A stretch of DNA of 64,000 nucleotides from Eledone cirrhosa (GCA_964016885.1 OZ024748.1:59582001-59646000), one strand, 5' to 3'. Shown: positions 1-16,504, numbered from the stretch's first letter. Program-made: numbers and translations. The notes: generated by a model not told the origin, from the letters alone.

Positions 1-70
1 AATACCCTCTCCTATATATAGACATAGCCATACATACCCCTCTCATATATAACAACCCCTCCAATATATA

Positions 71-356
71 GTCTAAGTCTAAAGTCTGTCTTAAGCCAGA
101 AAGCTCATTTGGCCGGTGATTATCCCGGTTTCATGGCGTGAAGCGACTGAGAGTACAAGACTACCCCATGGACAGGATGCCAGTCCATCGCAGGGTTAAA
201 CCTCCAGCAATTACTGGTACTCATTTTCAGCTGAGTATACTGGAGCAACGTGAAATGAAGTGTTTTGCTCAAGAACACAACACACAACACAGGGATTGAA
301 CCCACGACATTATGAACGTAAGTCCAACACCCTTACCACTTGGCCATTTGCCTCCA
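71..356 (-). mobile_element. tRNA-derived SINE (CORE-like segment plus CCCTGCGATGGACTGG body)
   Basis: A box TGGCCAAGTGG, B box GGTTCAATCCC, GTGTTCTTGAGCAAAACACTT. Inserted into the 55-bp minisatellite. Related copies at ~29457-29870, 37380-37690 and 37700-38165. Confidence 0.8.
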
Positions 357-1265
357 ATATATAGACATAGATATATACATGCACCCCACCTCATATATAA
401 TACCCCTTCCAATATATAGACCTAGATATATACATGCACCCACCTCATATATAACACCCTCTCCAATATATAGACAGATATATATATATGTATACTTGCA
501 CCCAACCTCATATATAATACCCACTCCAATATATAAACAGATATATATACATGCACCCCACCTCATATATAACAGCCCCTCCAATATATAAACAGATATA
601 TATACATGCACCCAACCTCATATATAACAACCCCTCCAATATATAGACATAGATATATACAGTTACCCCTCCTCATATATAACAACCCCTCCAATATATA
701 GACATAGATATATACAGGCACCCCTTCTCATATATAACAACCCCTCCAATATATAGACATAGATATATACAGGCACCCAACCTCATATATAACAACCCCT
801 CCAATATATAGACATAGATATATACAGGCACCCAACCTCATATATAACAAACCCTCCGATATATAGACATAGATATATACAGGCACCCAACCTCATATAT
901 AATAGCCCCTCCGATATATAGACATAGATATATACAGGCACCCAACCTCATATATAACAGCCCCTCCGATATATAGACATAGATATATACAGGCACCCAA
1001 CCTCATATATAACAGCCCCTCCGATATATAGACATAGATATATACAGGCACCCAACCTCATATATAACAGCCCCTCCGATATATAGACATAGATATATAC
1101 AGGCACCCAACCTCATATATAACAACCCCTCCAATATATAGACATAGATATATACAGGCACCCAACCTCATATATAACAACCCCTCCAATATATAGACAT
1201 AGATATATACAGGCACCCAACCTCATATATAACAACCCCTCCAATATATAGACATAGATATATAC
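355..1265. repeat. 55-bp minisatellite (~16 units; continues at 1-70)
   Basis: Unit CCAATATATAGACATAGATATATACAGGCACCCAACCTCATATATAACAACCCCT. Confidence 0.95.
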
Positions 1266-1414
1266 ACAAGCCACTCCTAATATATATATTAATCAATTTA
1301 CAATAATATTAATATATGTAGAATATATAATAATACTTTATACCAACACACACACACACAGACATATATATATATATATATATACATATACGTATATACA
1401 TAAACATATATATA

Positions 1415-1445
<31 letters not shown>

Positions 1446-1462
1446 GTGTGTGTGTGTGTGTG

Positions 1463-1507
<45 letters not shown>

Positions 1508-1677
1508 ATATATATATATAGATATAGATATATACATACATATATATAGATATAGTTTTTTGAATATTAATAATAACATTCGATTCGTTTGCAATTTTGC
1601 AAACAAGCCTTAATTTTATAGCCATCTCAGTAGAATGAACACTTCATTCTTGCTCTTGTGTTGGCATGCGAACAGAA

Positions 1678-1721
1678 CTGCAGACACTAATGTTTCTGGG
1701 TATCACCCTTCATCAGTACAG
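1678..1721 (-). ncRNA. Type-I hammerhead ribozyme motif
   Basis: CTGTA-CTGATGA-AGGGTGATACCCA-GAAAC-ATTAGT-GTC/TGCAG; stem I extends through TTGGCA..GAACAG / CTGTTC..TGCCAA (1661-1740). Confidence 0.75.
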
Positions 1722-2632
1722 CTAACTGTTCACCTGCCAAGTGATAAATGGCCGGTTTTGCCAAATTCAAATAAAAAATTATTAATATTCGAAAAACTCA
1801 GATTACAAACTCAGACACACACATATTCTTTCTATACATAAAAGAGTGCTACACAGGCACTGACTACGTAACTCCATCAATTTGTGTATTGTACACAAAG
1901 CTGCGTTTCAACCAAGTCGAACATTTTATTTTTTGTTTGTTTTTAAAACAAGCATAGAGAATCCAACACTCTTTCTATATGATTAACGATTGCCCCCAGG
2001 GAATTCTTTGTAAAGTCGAAATCTAACTAGGACCAGATAAGATAATGTCTTTTTTTGTATATCATAAATAAAATGTTTAGTCTCTTCTTAGTTATATTGA
2101 GACCTATAAAACTTTGTAACGTGATTCGTATGTATGCTCAAAGTAATCGTATATTCGTTGTTTATATTTTAATGTATTATGTCATATAAACATGACAGCT
2201 AATTGCCAGTGTCAGATAGAATCAACTAGAGTCAACTAGAACATAATAGAATAGAATGTTTAGCGGCATCCGTTTTGACTAAATCAGCAAATTCAAATCA
2301 AACAAGTCCAAGCTACGCCGAGGAGGTCATTAACCTTCCCTTACGTCATTTTGACGTCGTTAATTAAAGTGTGATAGATAGATATGTTTCTTTTATTTGC
2401 CACAAGAGATAGATAGATAGATAGATAGATAGAGATTTGTTCCTTTATATGCCACAAGGGTGAACAAAAAAATGGGACATTACAAGACGTGACGGCGGGG
2501 GTTTTACATAGAATTGTGACATATATATGTATATATATATATTTAAGTGTTAAACAAGATTCAATGAATACATCAAAGAATGAGTTTTACAATAGATTGG
2601 AAGCACTCTACAGATAAATTTTTTTCTCCATG

Positions 2633-2703
<71 letters not shown>

Positions 2704-3530
2704 AGAGTTAGAGTTCCGACCGTTTCGACAGCTTGATCCAGTTCGGATCTAACTGTCTAAACGGCCGAAGCTCAGCCGTCGGAGTGCTGACTCTTATCCT
2801 ATTACCCACTCTACTACCCTAAGTATTGAGTACTCTGGTGTGTTATGGACCACCTGGTATCCTACCATACCATCTTTTATATATATATATATTATTGAGT
2901 TATTATAATTAATTCTGATCTCGCACCACCAACAAGATTCAACATGAACGAAGATGGATGAGTTGCATAACGTCGAGTGCTTTCGAAGATTACATCACAT
3001 TCTGGTCCAGAAATAGCCGTCAAAAAGGCTTGAGCTCTGCCCTCGGGGTAAACTTTTCGTATTTGTTCTATCACCTTACTGCTATCCTCTTTCTCTCTCC
3101 CCCTTCTCTCTCCTTGTACCTCTTGCTTTCTTTCACCCCCTCTGTTGGTCACACCCTCTCGGTAGCCTCTTCCTCACACTTTCACTCACTCACTCTCTGC
3201 TACTCCCCCTCTCTCACTTCCTCCGTTCTGACTGTGTGAAATCCTTTTCTCTCTCACTTTTCGCGTATCTCGGACGTGATTGCCTCTTCTCGTCATTTGA
3301 TATGTTCGGACTTAAGTCCACAAGATTCATTGACTTGTCTCTCTTTTCCTCTCTTTACCTTGCATTACTACCATGTTGTTGTTTACTTTCCTCTGTTTTC
3401 CTCTGTCCCGATAACTTAATTAGTTATCGCTCGCACTGATTTTATGTATCTAGTTTTTAATGCGAAGAAATACCAATGATAATCAGCAGACTACTGATGA
3501 TGGACAGTCCCGTTTTCGGTCTATTTTTCA

Positions 3531-3702
<172 letters not shown>

Positions 3703-4066
3703 ATGAATAATAGACCCCCAACGCTCAACTTGTAGTCTGGGGTACTTTATTTAAGATCTGGAAAGACGAAAGTCAGGGTTGATGACCTCGACGTGATTTG
3801 AACTCGTCGAACAGATAAACAGACTGACTGCTGAAGTCATTCATTCTATCCGACATTCTAATGACCTCTACTAATTAGCTATTTGTGTTGTATGTGTTGT
3901 GTGTATGTGTGTATGTACGTATATATATGTATGTGTGCGTGCATGTGTCTATATATATATATATATTATATATAGACACACGCACGCACACATCCATATA
4001 TATACGTACATACACACACGCACGCATTTATATATATGCATGTATGTGTGCGTGCGTGTGTGTATG

Positions 4067-4105
<39 letters not shown>

Positions 4106-4109
4106 CGTG

Positions 4110-4141
<32 letters not shown>

Positions 4142-4238
4142 CATATATAGACACACGCACGCACACATCCATATATATACGTACATACACACACGCACGC
4201 ATTTATATATATGCATGTTATGTGTGCGTGCGTGTGTG

Positions 4239-4280
<42 letters not shown>

Positions 4281-4296
4281 CATCACGCACATACAC

Positions 4297-4340
<44 letters not shown>

Positions 4341-4469
4341 GCGGTGTGTATGTATATATATATGTGTGTGCGTGCGTGTGTGTGTATGTATATATATATG
4401 TGTGTGTGTGCGTGCGTGTATATATATATGTGTTGTGTGTATGTCCGTCCGTGCGTGTGTATATATATG

Positions 4470-4509
<40 letters not shown>

Positions 4510-4795
4510 CGTGTGTGTGTGTGTGATGGTACGTATATATATATATATATATATGCGTGTGTGTATATATATGTGTGTGTATGTGTGTGTCCGTACGTGT
4601 GTTGTATATATGTATATATATTTATATGTGTGTGTCTGTGTGTGTATGTGAGAGAGAGAGAGAGAGAGAGAGAGTATCACCCCTCAGGAAAGAACCCCGT
4701 GAGATAAGATGGCTGATGTTCTTCGCGACAATGCTTTCACCATTTTGTCTTCGGGGCGTAGTTGAGATATACCATCCAAGGGTGTAGAGTCAGAG

Positions 4796-4831
<36 letters not shown>

Positions 4832-5005
4832 ACACACACACATACACTTTTTTCTCTTCTTTTTTTTCTTTTCATTAAAAGTCTTATTATTTTATGAGTT
4901 TAATGAATTCTGAATAAAAAGTAATGGTTGACATCTGATGTCGTGGTCTTCGGATCGCCAGAGAATCAGGTTTCTTGGAAAAAAATAATGATTCCTGATT
5001 TAGGC

Positions 5006-5006
<1 letters not shown>

Positions 5007-5036
<30 letters not shown>

Positions 5037-5180
5037 CTTCTTCTTCTTCTTCTCCTTCTTCTCCTTCTCCTCCTCCTTCTTCTTCTTCTTCTTCATCACC
5101 CACTTATTTCTGAGAGGGTCGTGGGGGCAGAGTCCTCAAACATAGCCTCCAGCGGGTCCCGTCAGAGGCAACAAATTGTG
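5007..5180 (-). mobile_element. RTE 3' end with expanded (GAA)n tail
   Basis: Reverse complement resembles 36125-36195 (ctgac.ggac.cgct.ga.g...ctgcccccac.accctc), then a GAA/GGA microsatellite. Confidence 0.55.
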
Positions 5181-5189
5181 AGGATGGGA

Positions 5190-5960
5190 AAATCAATTAA
5201 ATAGACTACAGTGCATTACTGGTACTTTATTTTATAAACACCCGTAAGAATGCAAAGCAAAGCTAACCTCGGCGGGATTTGAACTCAGAACGCAAAGAGG
5301 ACGTAATTACATGCCGCGAAGCATGGTGCCGGAAGATCTACCGATACTGCCAATCCACCGTTTCTTGGAAAAAAATAATTGTTTCTACTTTTGGCACAAG
5401 GCCAGCAATTACCCAGTGCATTACTGGTACTTTATTTTATCGACCCCGTAAGGATGAAAGGCAAAGTTAACCTCGGCGGGATTTGAATTCTTTGAAAAAA
5501 ATAATGATTTCTAATTTAGGCACAAGGCCAGCAATTTTGAGGAGAGATGTGGGAGGGGGGCGGTGATTAAATAAAACCTACTACTTAACTGGCACTTCAT
5601 TTATCGACCCGGGATGATAAATTCAAAGTTGACAGCGGCTTTATTTGAACTCCGAATGTTAAAAGCCAGAATATATATCGCTAAGTATTTTATCCAAGAC
5701 CCCTAACGATTCCACCAATTAACCACCCTCCCTGGTTTCTTGGAATAATAATGGTTTCTTATTTAAGCACAAGGTCAGCAATTTTAGGGTTGGGGAGAGG
5801 AACGTCGATTGAATTGACACCAGTATTTGACTGGTACTTTATTTTATCGAGGTTGAAAGGAAAGCTAACCTCGGCGGGAATAGAACTCAGAACGCAAAGG
5901 GCCGTACTCTATGATGTTAAGCATGTCTGACGCTCTACCGATACTGCCTATTCACCGCCC
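5190..5960 (-). mobile_element. Cluster of ~4 Meta-domain-like SINE copies
   Basis: Repeated ACTGGTACTTTATTTTATCGACCCC...AAAGTTAACCTCGGCGGGATTTGAACTC. Other copies at ~31146-31280(+), 34535-34720(+), 39627-39805(-) and 43943-44125(-). Confidence 0.8.
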
Positions 5961-6091
5961 TTTATCAAACGTTCTAATAAAACGTGTGTCGGTTCATAGG
6001 CTGACTATGAAGGATTGATGCTAGAGCTGGGAAATCTTGCATGTATCAAAATATATACACACACACAAACATATTTATAGACATATATGTA

Positions 6092-6142
<51 letters not shown>

Positions 6143-6194
6143 GCACACACACACTCACACATATATATATACACACATATATATATATATGCAC

Positions 6195-6236
<42 letters not shown>

Positions 6237-6308
6237 GCACACATATATATATATATATATATACGCTTATATATAGACAGATATATACACATACATATGT
6301 AAACACTC

Positions 6309-6358
<50 letters not shown>

Positions 6359-6654
6359 CGTGTGTGAATATTAGATGTGTCTCTATGTGTATGTGTGTGT
6401 ATATAAACTAGAGAACCATATAGAAACATAATACACAACGATCGTGTTTCCACCCATTAAAAGAGAAGATCAAACAAGTTTAAGAATCAAGTAAATTGCG
6501 GCGTAAAGAAACAATACCATGGGAACATTCCTTGTTTTAGACAGACTGACAAACATATCCCTTCCTTTCATCTACTGAGAGGAAGAGCGGCAGGCTAGAA
6601 TACTACTTCAAACTAACTGCATAGGATTTATTGTATATATGGGAATATACTCAT

Positions 6655-6725
<71 letters not shown>

Positions 6726-6729
<4 letters not shown>

Positions 6730-6915
6730 AACGAGTAGGACCCCGACGGCTGAGCTCAGGCCGTTTCGACGGCTAATTCTGGAATTAGCCGTCGAAACGG
6801 CTTGAGCTCAGCCGTCGGGTTCCTACTCGTTCCTATTACCCACTCTACTACCCTAAGTATTGAGTACTTTGGTGCGTTATGGTCCACCTAGGTTCCTTAC
6901 CACATTTCCTTCGTT
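6726..6915 (+). mobile_element. Fold-back short retro-insert family (probable Penelope-like 3' end); ~8 copies
   Basis: Shared GAAACGGCTTGAGCTC.GCCGTCGGG...CCTATTACCCACTCTACTACCCTAAGTATTGAGTAC...CCTTACCAC, ending in or next to (TA)n. Copies at ~2700, 6726, 9611, 16171(-), 41389, 52486(-), 59255(-) and 60878. Confidence 0.75.
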
Positions 6916-6952
6916 ATAAATAAATAAATAAAAAAATATATATATATATTTT

Positions 6953-7058
<106 letters not shown>

Positions 7059-7233
7059 CACACATGTATATGTATATATATATATATAGAGAGAGAGAGA
7101 GACACGCATGCATATGTATTTATGTATACATAATATATATATGGAGCATACGAGACTAAATATACATTGATATAGAGATGCATGTTTCCTCGATATAAAA
7201 AAAAATCATCTATTTATGCATATATACATACAT

Positions 7234-7330
<97 letters not shown>

Positions 7331-7570
7331 GCATATATATATGCATATATATATGTATATATATATATATGTGTGTGTGTATGTATATATATATATATAT
7401 TTATATATATGTGTGTCTGTGTGTGTGTGTGTGTATATACACACACACACACACAAATAGAGACAGAGGGAGAGATGAAAAGTTTTAATAACCATAACAA
7501 TATTTAGTATTGTATTTATCATCATTATAATGATCATAACAACAACAACAACAACATCAATAATATCAAT

Positions 7571-7611
<41 letters not shown>

Positions 7612-7636
7612 ATGATGATCATCATCATCATCATCA

Positions 7637-7667
<31 letters not shown>

Positions 7668-8158
7668 ATAAGAACATCAACTATATCGTTATCATTTATA
7701 TTATAATCACCATCATAACAACAACAACAATAGCTTCAACAACATCAACACAACAATATCAACATCAACAGCATCAATAACAAGACGAATAACAACAACA
7801 ACAACAACAACACAATCAACAACAACATCATCGACAACAATAACAACAACAACAGCAACACATCAACAACAACTACACCAACAATAACAACAACAACAAT
7901 ACCAACACCACAATCAACAACAACAACTACACCAACAATAACAACAAACAACAATACCAACACCACAATCAACAACAACAACTACACCAACAATAACAAC
8001 AACAACAATACAACACAATCAACAACAACAACATAAACAACAATAATGACAACATCAACAACAATAACAACACCGCAATCAATAACAATAACAACTACAT
8101 CAACAACAACAATAACAACAACAACAACAACACCGTTATCACAATTATCCCAATATTT

Positions 8159-8242
<84 letters not shown>

Positions 8243-8277
8243 GTATATATATATATATATATGTATATATATGTATA

Positions 8278-8429
<152 letters not shown>

Positions 8430-8654
8430 ATTTATATTTATAATATATATTGAAAGGATAACAAGGACGATTGATTTACTCCTTCATTGCATTTATTGAT
8501 AGGTGACGCGCGTTTCGCCACTGATCAGCTCGATCTGTATCGATCCTACCCGACTCAATAATCTGCGGCTCGACGGACCTTTTTATCACAGAAGTGAACC
8601 TAAACATCGAGTGCTCTCCCGGGTAAACCTGCAGTAACTCCAAGTTACACCTCT

Positions 8655-8719
<65 letters not shown>

Positions 8720-9483
8720 TTAGTCTATATTTATCCAATATCTATAGTTATACCATATCTATAATCCTGTCTACAGAGATCGGCAGATTTTGGTAGATTC
8801 CTTACTTCCTTCGTCTGTTTGAATCAAATCATCATCATCATCATCATCATCAACTTCATCCATATCATCAGTGGTGAGTTTTCTCATTTTTATATATATT
8901 CTATATATATTTTATATATATTCAAAATACACTCTTGCTTCGTCTCGATTAGAGATAACGTTGTTTTAACTTTATCATAGCTAGGATTAGCTTTCTGTTT
9001 AGGACAGACATTGATGATCACTATCCTATTGTTTCCCTTTCTTTGCTTTCTTTCGTCCTTCTCTTTGTGCTCTTTGTTTTATCACACATATGCCATACCA
9101 GCAGAAAGTTATTTTTCTGTTGCACGATACAATATTTTAAAATGGTACTCTCAATTAAATCGTGCGAAACCACTTTGTTGGTTTGAGAGCTGATGATGGT
9201 AAAGATGTGTGTGTGTGTAAACCTGTCTTGTACATCGCCTTTCTTTATTTCCTTCTTCCAGTCACTTCTGTGTACCAACACCATTCTCTTTGTCCTCCTT
9301 CTCCTCCTTTAATCTTTTCTATATTTCATCTGCCTGTCACCCACATTATGGTTTGTCTTTCTGTTTCCCACTGGCCGCTGGTCTCTGACCTGGGGCAATT
9401 TGCCCCTCTTTATCTTAGACAGCATTTAACGGCAGTTCTAGCGATGAGTTTTCTCATTTTTATATACATGTTTATACATACAT

Positions 9484-9581
<98 letters not shown>

Positions 9582-9766
9582 TAGATATATATAGATATAT
9601 ATCGATATATATTCTGGACTGAAATAGCCGTCCAGAAATAGCCCTCGAAACGGCTTGAGCTCTGCCGTCGGGGTCATACTCTCTCCTATTACCCAGTCTA
9701 CTACCCTAAGTATTGAGTACTCTGGTGCGTTATGGTCCATCTGGTTCCTTACCACAACTCCTCCAT

Positions 9767-9851
<85 letters not shown>

Positions 9852-9857
<6 letters not shown>

Positions 9858-10691
9858 GAATAATCGAGAATCAGAAAAACAGCTCACGAATTAACGATAA
9901 ACAATATCCGATATGTGTGGCAGAGGGCTCAATAATTTGGATAAATCAGAGCTATAACCATCGTTAAATTACCAACACATAGAGATCATGCCTAAAATCA
10001 CCCGTACAGCCGAAAAAGAACGACCAGGAAGATTCGGGTCACTCAAATAAAATATCAATAAATCAATAAATTAAATGAATGTAAAAAACTCACCCGGACC
10101 CGCTAGAAGGGTGTTAAATCTAGCTTCTTGGGTTTCTGCAATTCCTTAATCCATTCACTATCAGCCCACATAAAAAATATATAAGACTTCTAGAGAAGGA
10201 CTGGATGCGGAAGAGCTTTCTCAACGGGATTCCGTCCGATAATAAAGAGGGGACCCTTACCCAGCAAGGGAGATAACCTCTACATTAGCGAAAGATTTCG
10301 GTGATGTGCAAATTATGTAAGAATACAAAATATCACATATCGAATCAGAGTGCTCAACAGACGTGTTAAAATAAACAGGAGCTATTCATCAGTCAATAAG
10401 ATCGACAAAAAAAAATAATCAATAAAATTAACTGGTCAATAGCTAAGGTCTAGAGCTAAATATAGTAGAATAATCGAGAATCGGAAAAACAGCTCACGAA
10501 TTAACGATAAACAATATCCGATATGTGTGGCAGAGGGCTCAATAATTTGGATAAATCAGAGCTATAACCATCGTTAAATTACCAACACATAGAGATTATG
10601 CCTAAAATCACCCGTACAGCCGAAAAAGAACGACCAGGAAGATTCGGGTCACTCAAATAAAATATCAATAAATCAATAAATTAAATGAATG

Positions 10692-10694
<3 letters not shown>
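9852..10694. repeat. Partial tandem (1.4-mer) insert: ~233-bp direct repeats 609 bp apart, within (TA)n
   Basis: 9852-10084 is nearly identical to 10461-10694. Confidence 0.85.
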
Positions 10695-10763
<69 letters not shown>

Positions 10764-11060
10764 GTGTTAAACAATATTCAATGATTATGTCAAAGAATAA
10801 GTTTTACAGTAGATTGGAAGCACTCAACGGTAAAATAATTTTCTGCAGTTATTAATATTAAAATATAAGTATTAATAAAATAGATGGTCTTTTGATCAAT
10901 TACATTTTATTATACATATTTCGGATGTACAACAGTACGTCCTCATCAGACAAAATATAATGATACATGTCATACCCTGAGATGTTAAATGGTTAAGATT
11001 TAACTACCTTGATTAAATCTTAACCATTTAACATCTCAGGGTATGTCATGTATCATTATA

Positions 11061-11111
11061 CTTTGTCTGATGAGGACGTACTGTTGTACATCCGAAATAT
11101 GTATAATAAAA
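11061..11111 (+). ncRNA. Minimal hammerhead (mirror copy 10905-10955 on -; further copy 41279-41329 on +)
   Basis: YTTTGT-CTGATGA-GGACGTAC(TGTT)GTACATCC-GAAA-TATGTA-TA/ATAAAA. Confidence 0.78.
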
Positions 11112-11140
11112 TCTAATTGATCAAAAGAACATCTATTTTA

Positions 11141-11194
<54 letters not shown>

Positions 11195-11309
11195 AGATTA
11201 GAATACTTGAGTGCATTGGAGTTGAACACACTCGTCGTATTAGAGAAAAGACAGTATAGTTCTTCTGAGTTTTGGCCTGTTCTGGCCGTAATACCTCTTG
11301 TCTTTTTCC

Positions 11310-11354
11310 TTGCTCTGATGAGTCCTGGTTAATGGGACGAAACACTGTCAGCAA
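11310..11354 (+). ncRNA. Canonical minimal type-I hammerhead ribozyme
   Basis: TTGCT-CTGATGA-GTCC(TGGTTAATG)GGAC-GAAAC-ACT-GTC/AGCAA, immediately followed by AATAAA. Confidence 0.85.
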
Positions 11355-11396
11355 ATAAAGATTGTTGATGTATTGAAGGCTTCTTTGTTTATTTTA

Positions 11397-11474
<78 letters not shown>

Positions 11475-11499
11475 ATTATATACGTATATATATATATAC

Positions 11500-11609
<110 letters not shown>

Positions 11610-11670
11610 ATATATTGAAAGGATAACAAGGACGATTGGTTACTCCTTCATTACATTTAAATACCCACTT

Positions 11671-11705
11671 TTCTCCTGATGAAGGGCTTATGCCCGAAAC
11701 GTCCC
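11671..11705 (+). ncRNA. Hammerhead core (second copy 51753-51786)
   Basis: TCTC-CTGATGA-AGGGC(TTAT)GCCC-GAAACGTC; downstream stem I partner unclear. Confidence 0.5.
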
Positions 11706-11931
11706 CCCCACCCACTCTCAAGAGCGTGAACCTAATACACTTTTATTTGTATTGCCTCTCTGTTTTTGTTCCCGTCAAAGTTTTCACTATATATATATAT
11801 ATATTATATATATATTATATATATATATATATAATATATATATATTATTATATATATATATTATATATATATATTATATATATATATTATATATATATAT
11901 TATATATATATATATATATTATATATATATA

Positions 11932-12030
<99 letters not shown>

Positions 12031-12244
12031 ACCTTGTTAAACTTTTGGTTATATATATACACAGAGATATCCACGGTAAGTTGTGGGGTCTATTCTGCAT
12101 GAAGAACTCAATGTAATCCATATGTTGAAAATGTTGTAGGTTAAAATAAATCCCGGAAAACAATAAAACATTAAAAGGAAAACTGAGTCATGATATAAGT
12201 TAAAACAATGAAAGCTTCATGAGGGAGTCACTGCGCAAAATATT

Positions 12245-12429
12245 GTATTACTGTGGAGTGTGGGCAGACAACACAAGTGCTGACCTGGTGACACACACTC
12301 TACAAGCTGTATTACTGTGGAGTGTGGGCAGGCAACACAAGTGCTGACCTGGTGACACACACTCTACAAGCTGTATTACTGTGGAGTGTGGGCAGGCAAC
12401 ACAAGTGCTGACCTAGTGACACACACTCT
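12245..12429. repeat. 64-bp tandem repeat running into the assembly gap
   Basis: Units start at 12245, 12309 and 12373. Confidence 0.9.
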
Positions 12430-12629
12430 NNNNNNNNNNNNNNNNNNNNNNNNNNNNNNNNNNNNNNNNNNNNNNNNNNNNNNNNNNNNNNNNNNNNNNN
12501 NNNNNNNNNNNNNNNNNNNNNNNNNNNNNNNNNNNNNNNNNNNNNNNNNNNNNNNNNNNNNNNNNNNNNNNNNNNNNNNNNNNNNNNNNNNNNNNNNNNN
12601 NNNNNNNNNNNNNNNNNNNNNNNNNNNNN
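12430..12629. other. Assembly gap (200 N)
   Basis: Run of n. Confidence 1.
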
Positions 12630-12685
12630 CTTTGAGCACATTATTGACAGGGAATAGCGAGAGCCTATGGCTCCGTTAATTTATG

Positions 12686-12756
<71 letters not shown>

Positions 12757-13029
12757 CTTGGAAGATCACTGATGAAGGACTAATTTTATTCATATGTAAC
12801 TCATGTGCAACCACGCAGCACTCCATTTTTCTTATATATATATATATATATATAAACGTTTGAATTTGTAAAGCCAAATCAATGCAGGTATGGACATAGA
12901 ATAAAAAATGCAAATGCAAAAGATATGTTGACAATTAGTCTTTTACCTTAGATTTATTTAAATGTCCTTAATTTTCGAGATAATATCTCTTCTTCGGAGA
13001 GAAGAACACTGGTTTAACCGCTTTACTTC

Positions 13030-13064
13030 CCTCCGAAGAAGAGATATTATCTCGAAAATTAAGG
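13030..13064 (+). ncRNA. Hammerhead-like variant (U4C core), with mirror copy in the left arm
   Basis: CCT-CCGAAGA-AGAGATA(T)TATCTC-GAAA-AT-TA/AGG. Confidence 0.55.
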
Positions 13065-13332
13065 ACATTTAAATAAATCTAAGGTAAAAGACTAATTGTC
13101 AACAATATCTTTTGCATTTGCATTTTTTATTCTATGTCCATACCTGCATTGATTTGGCTTTACAAATTCAAACGTTTATACCTCATTACACAGTGCTTCA
13201 AGTGAACTATAACCTCCTCCTTTATATATATATATATATATATATTAGAAATCATCGTATTTTTTACTAAAGAAATTTTTTAGCCTGATAGTGGGGTTTA
13301 GAACCCTCAGATAAATGGAAAAAGATGAGTAT

Positions 13333-13403
13333 TGACGTACATGGGAGTCGAACCCACATCTTTGGTTATCCAGACCACTGTGCTACCATTACACCAACAC
13401 ATC
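13333..13403 (-). pseudogene. tRNA-like cloverleaf (pseudo-tRNA, GGA anticodon) inside a TA-inserted element
   Basis: GATGTGT TG GTGT AATGGTA GCAC A GTGGT CTGGATA ACCAA AGAT GTGGG TTCGACT CCCAT GTACGTC A; all four stems pair, with several G-U pairs. Confidence 0.6.
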
Positions 13404-13546
13404 ACCCATCTCCTTCCATTCAAATTAGAAGCTACAATCTTAGCAAGTTAAATGACAAGTAAGTATGTTTTGAAACAGTGAGCGAGTTCAAACTCGCTCA
13501 CTGTTTCAAAACATACTTATATATATATATATTTATACATGTATAT

Positions 13547-15771
<2,225 letters not shown>

Positions 15772-15782
15772 CATATATATAC

Positions 15783-16153
<371 letters not shown>

Positions 16154-16361
16154 CATATATATATATATACATAACGAAGGAAATGTGGTAAGGAACCAGG
16201 CGGACCATAACGCACCAAAGTACTCAATACTTGAGGTAGTAGAGTGGTTAATAGGAACCAGTAAGACCCCGACAGCTCAGCTCAAGCCGTTTCGACGGCT
16301 AATTAGCCGTCGAAACGCTTGAGCTCAGCTGTCGGGGTCTTACTGGTTCATATATATATAC

Positions 16362-16410
<49 letters not shown>

Positions 16411-16448
16411 CACACATATATATATATATATATACATACACACATATA

Positions 16449-16504
<56 letters not shown>

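Noticed and set aside
13333-13403. Functional tRNA-Ser(GGA) gene
   Set aside because: Short variable arm, pyrimidine at position 37, several G-U pairs in the acceptor stem, and embedded in a repeat-like insert; kept only as tRNA-like.
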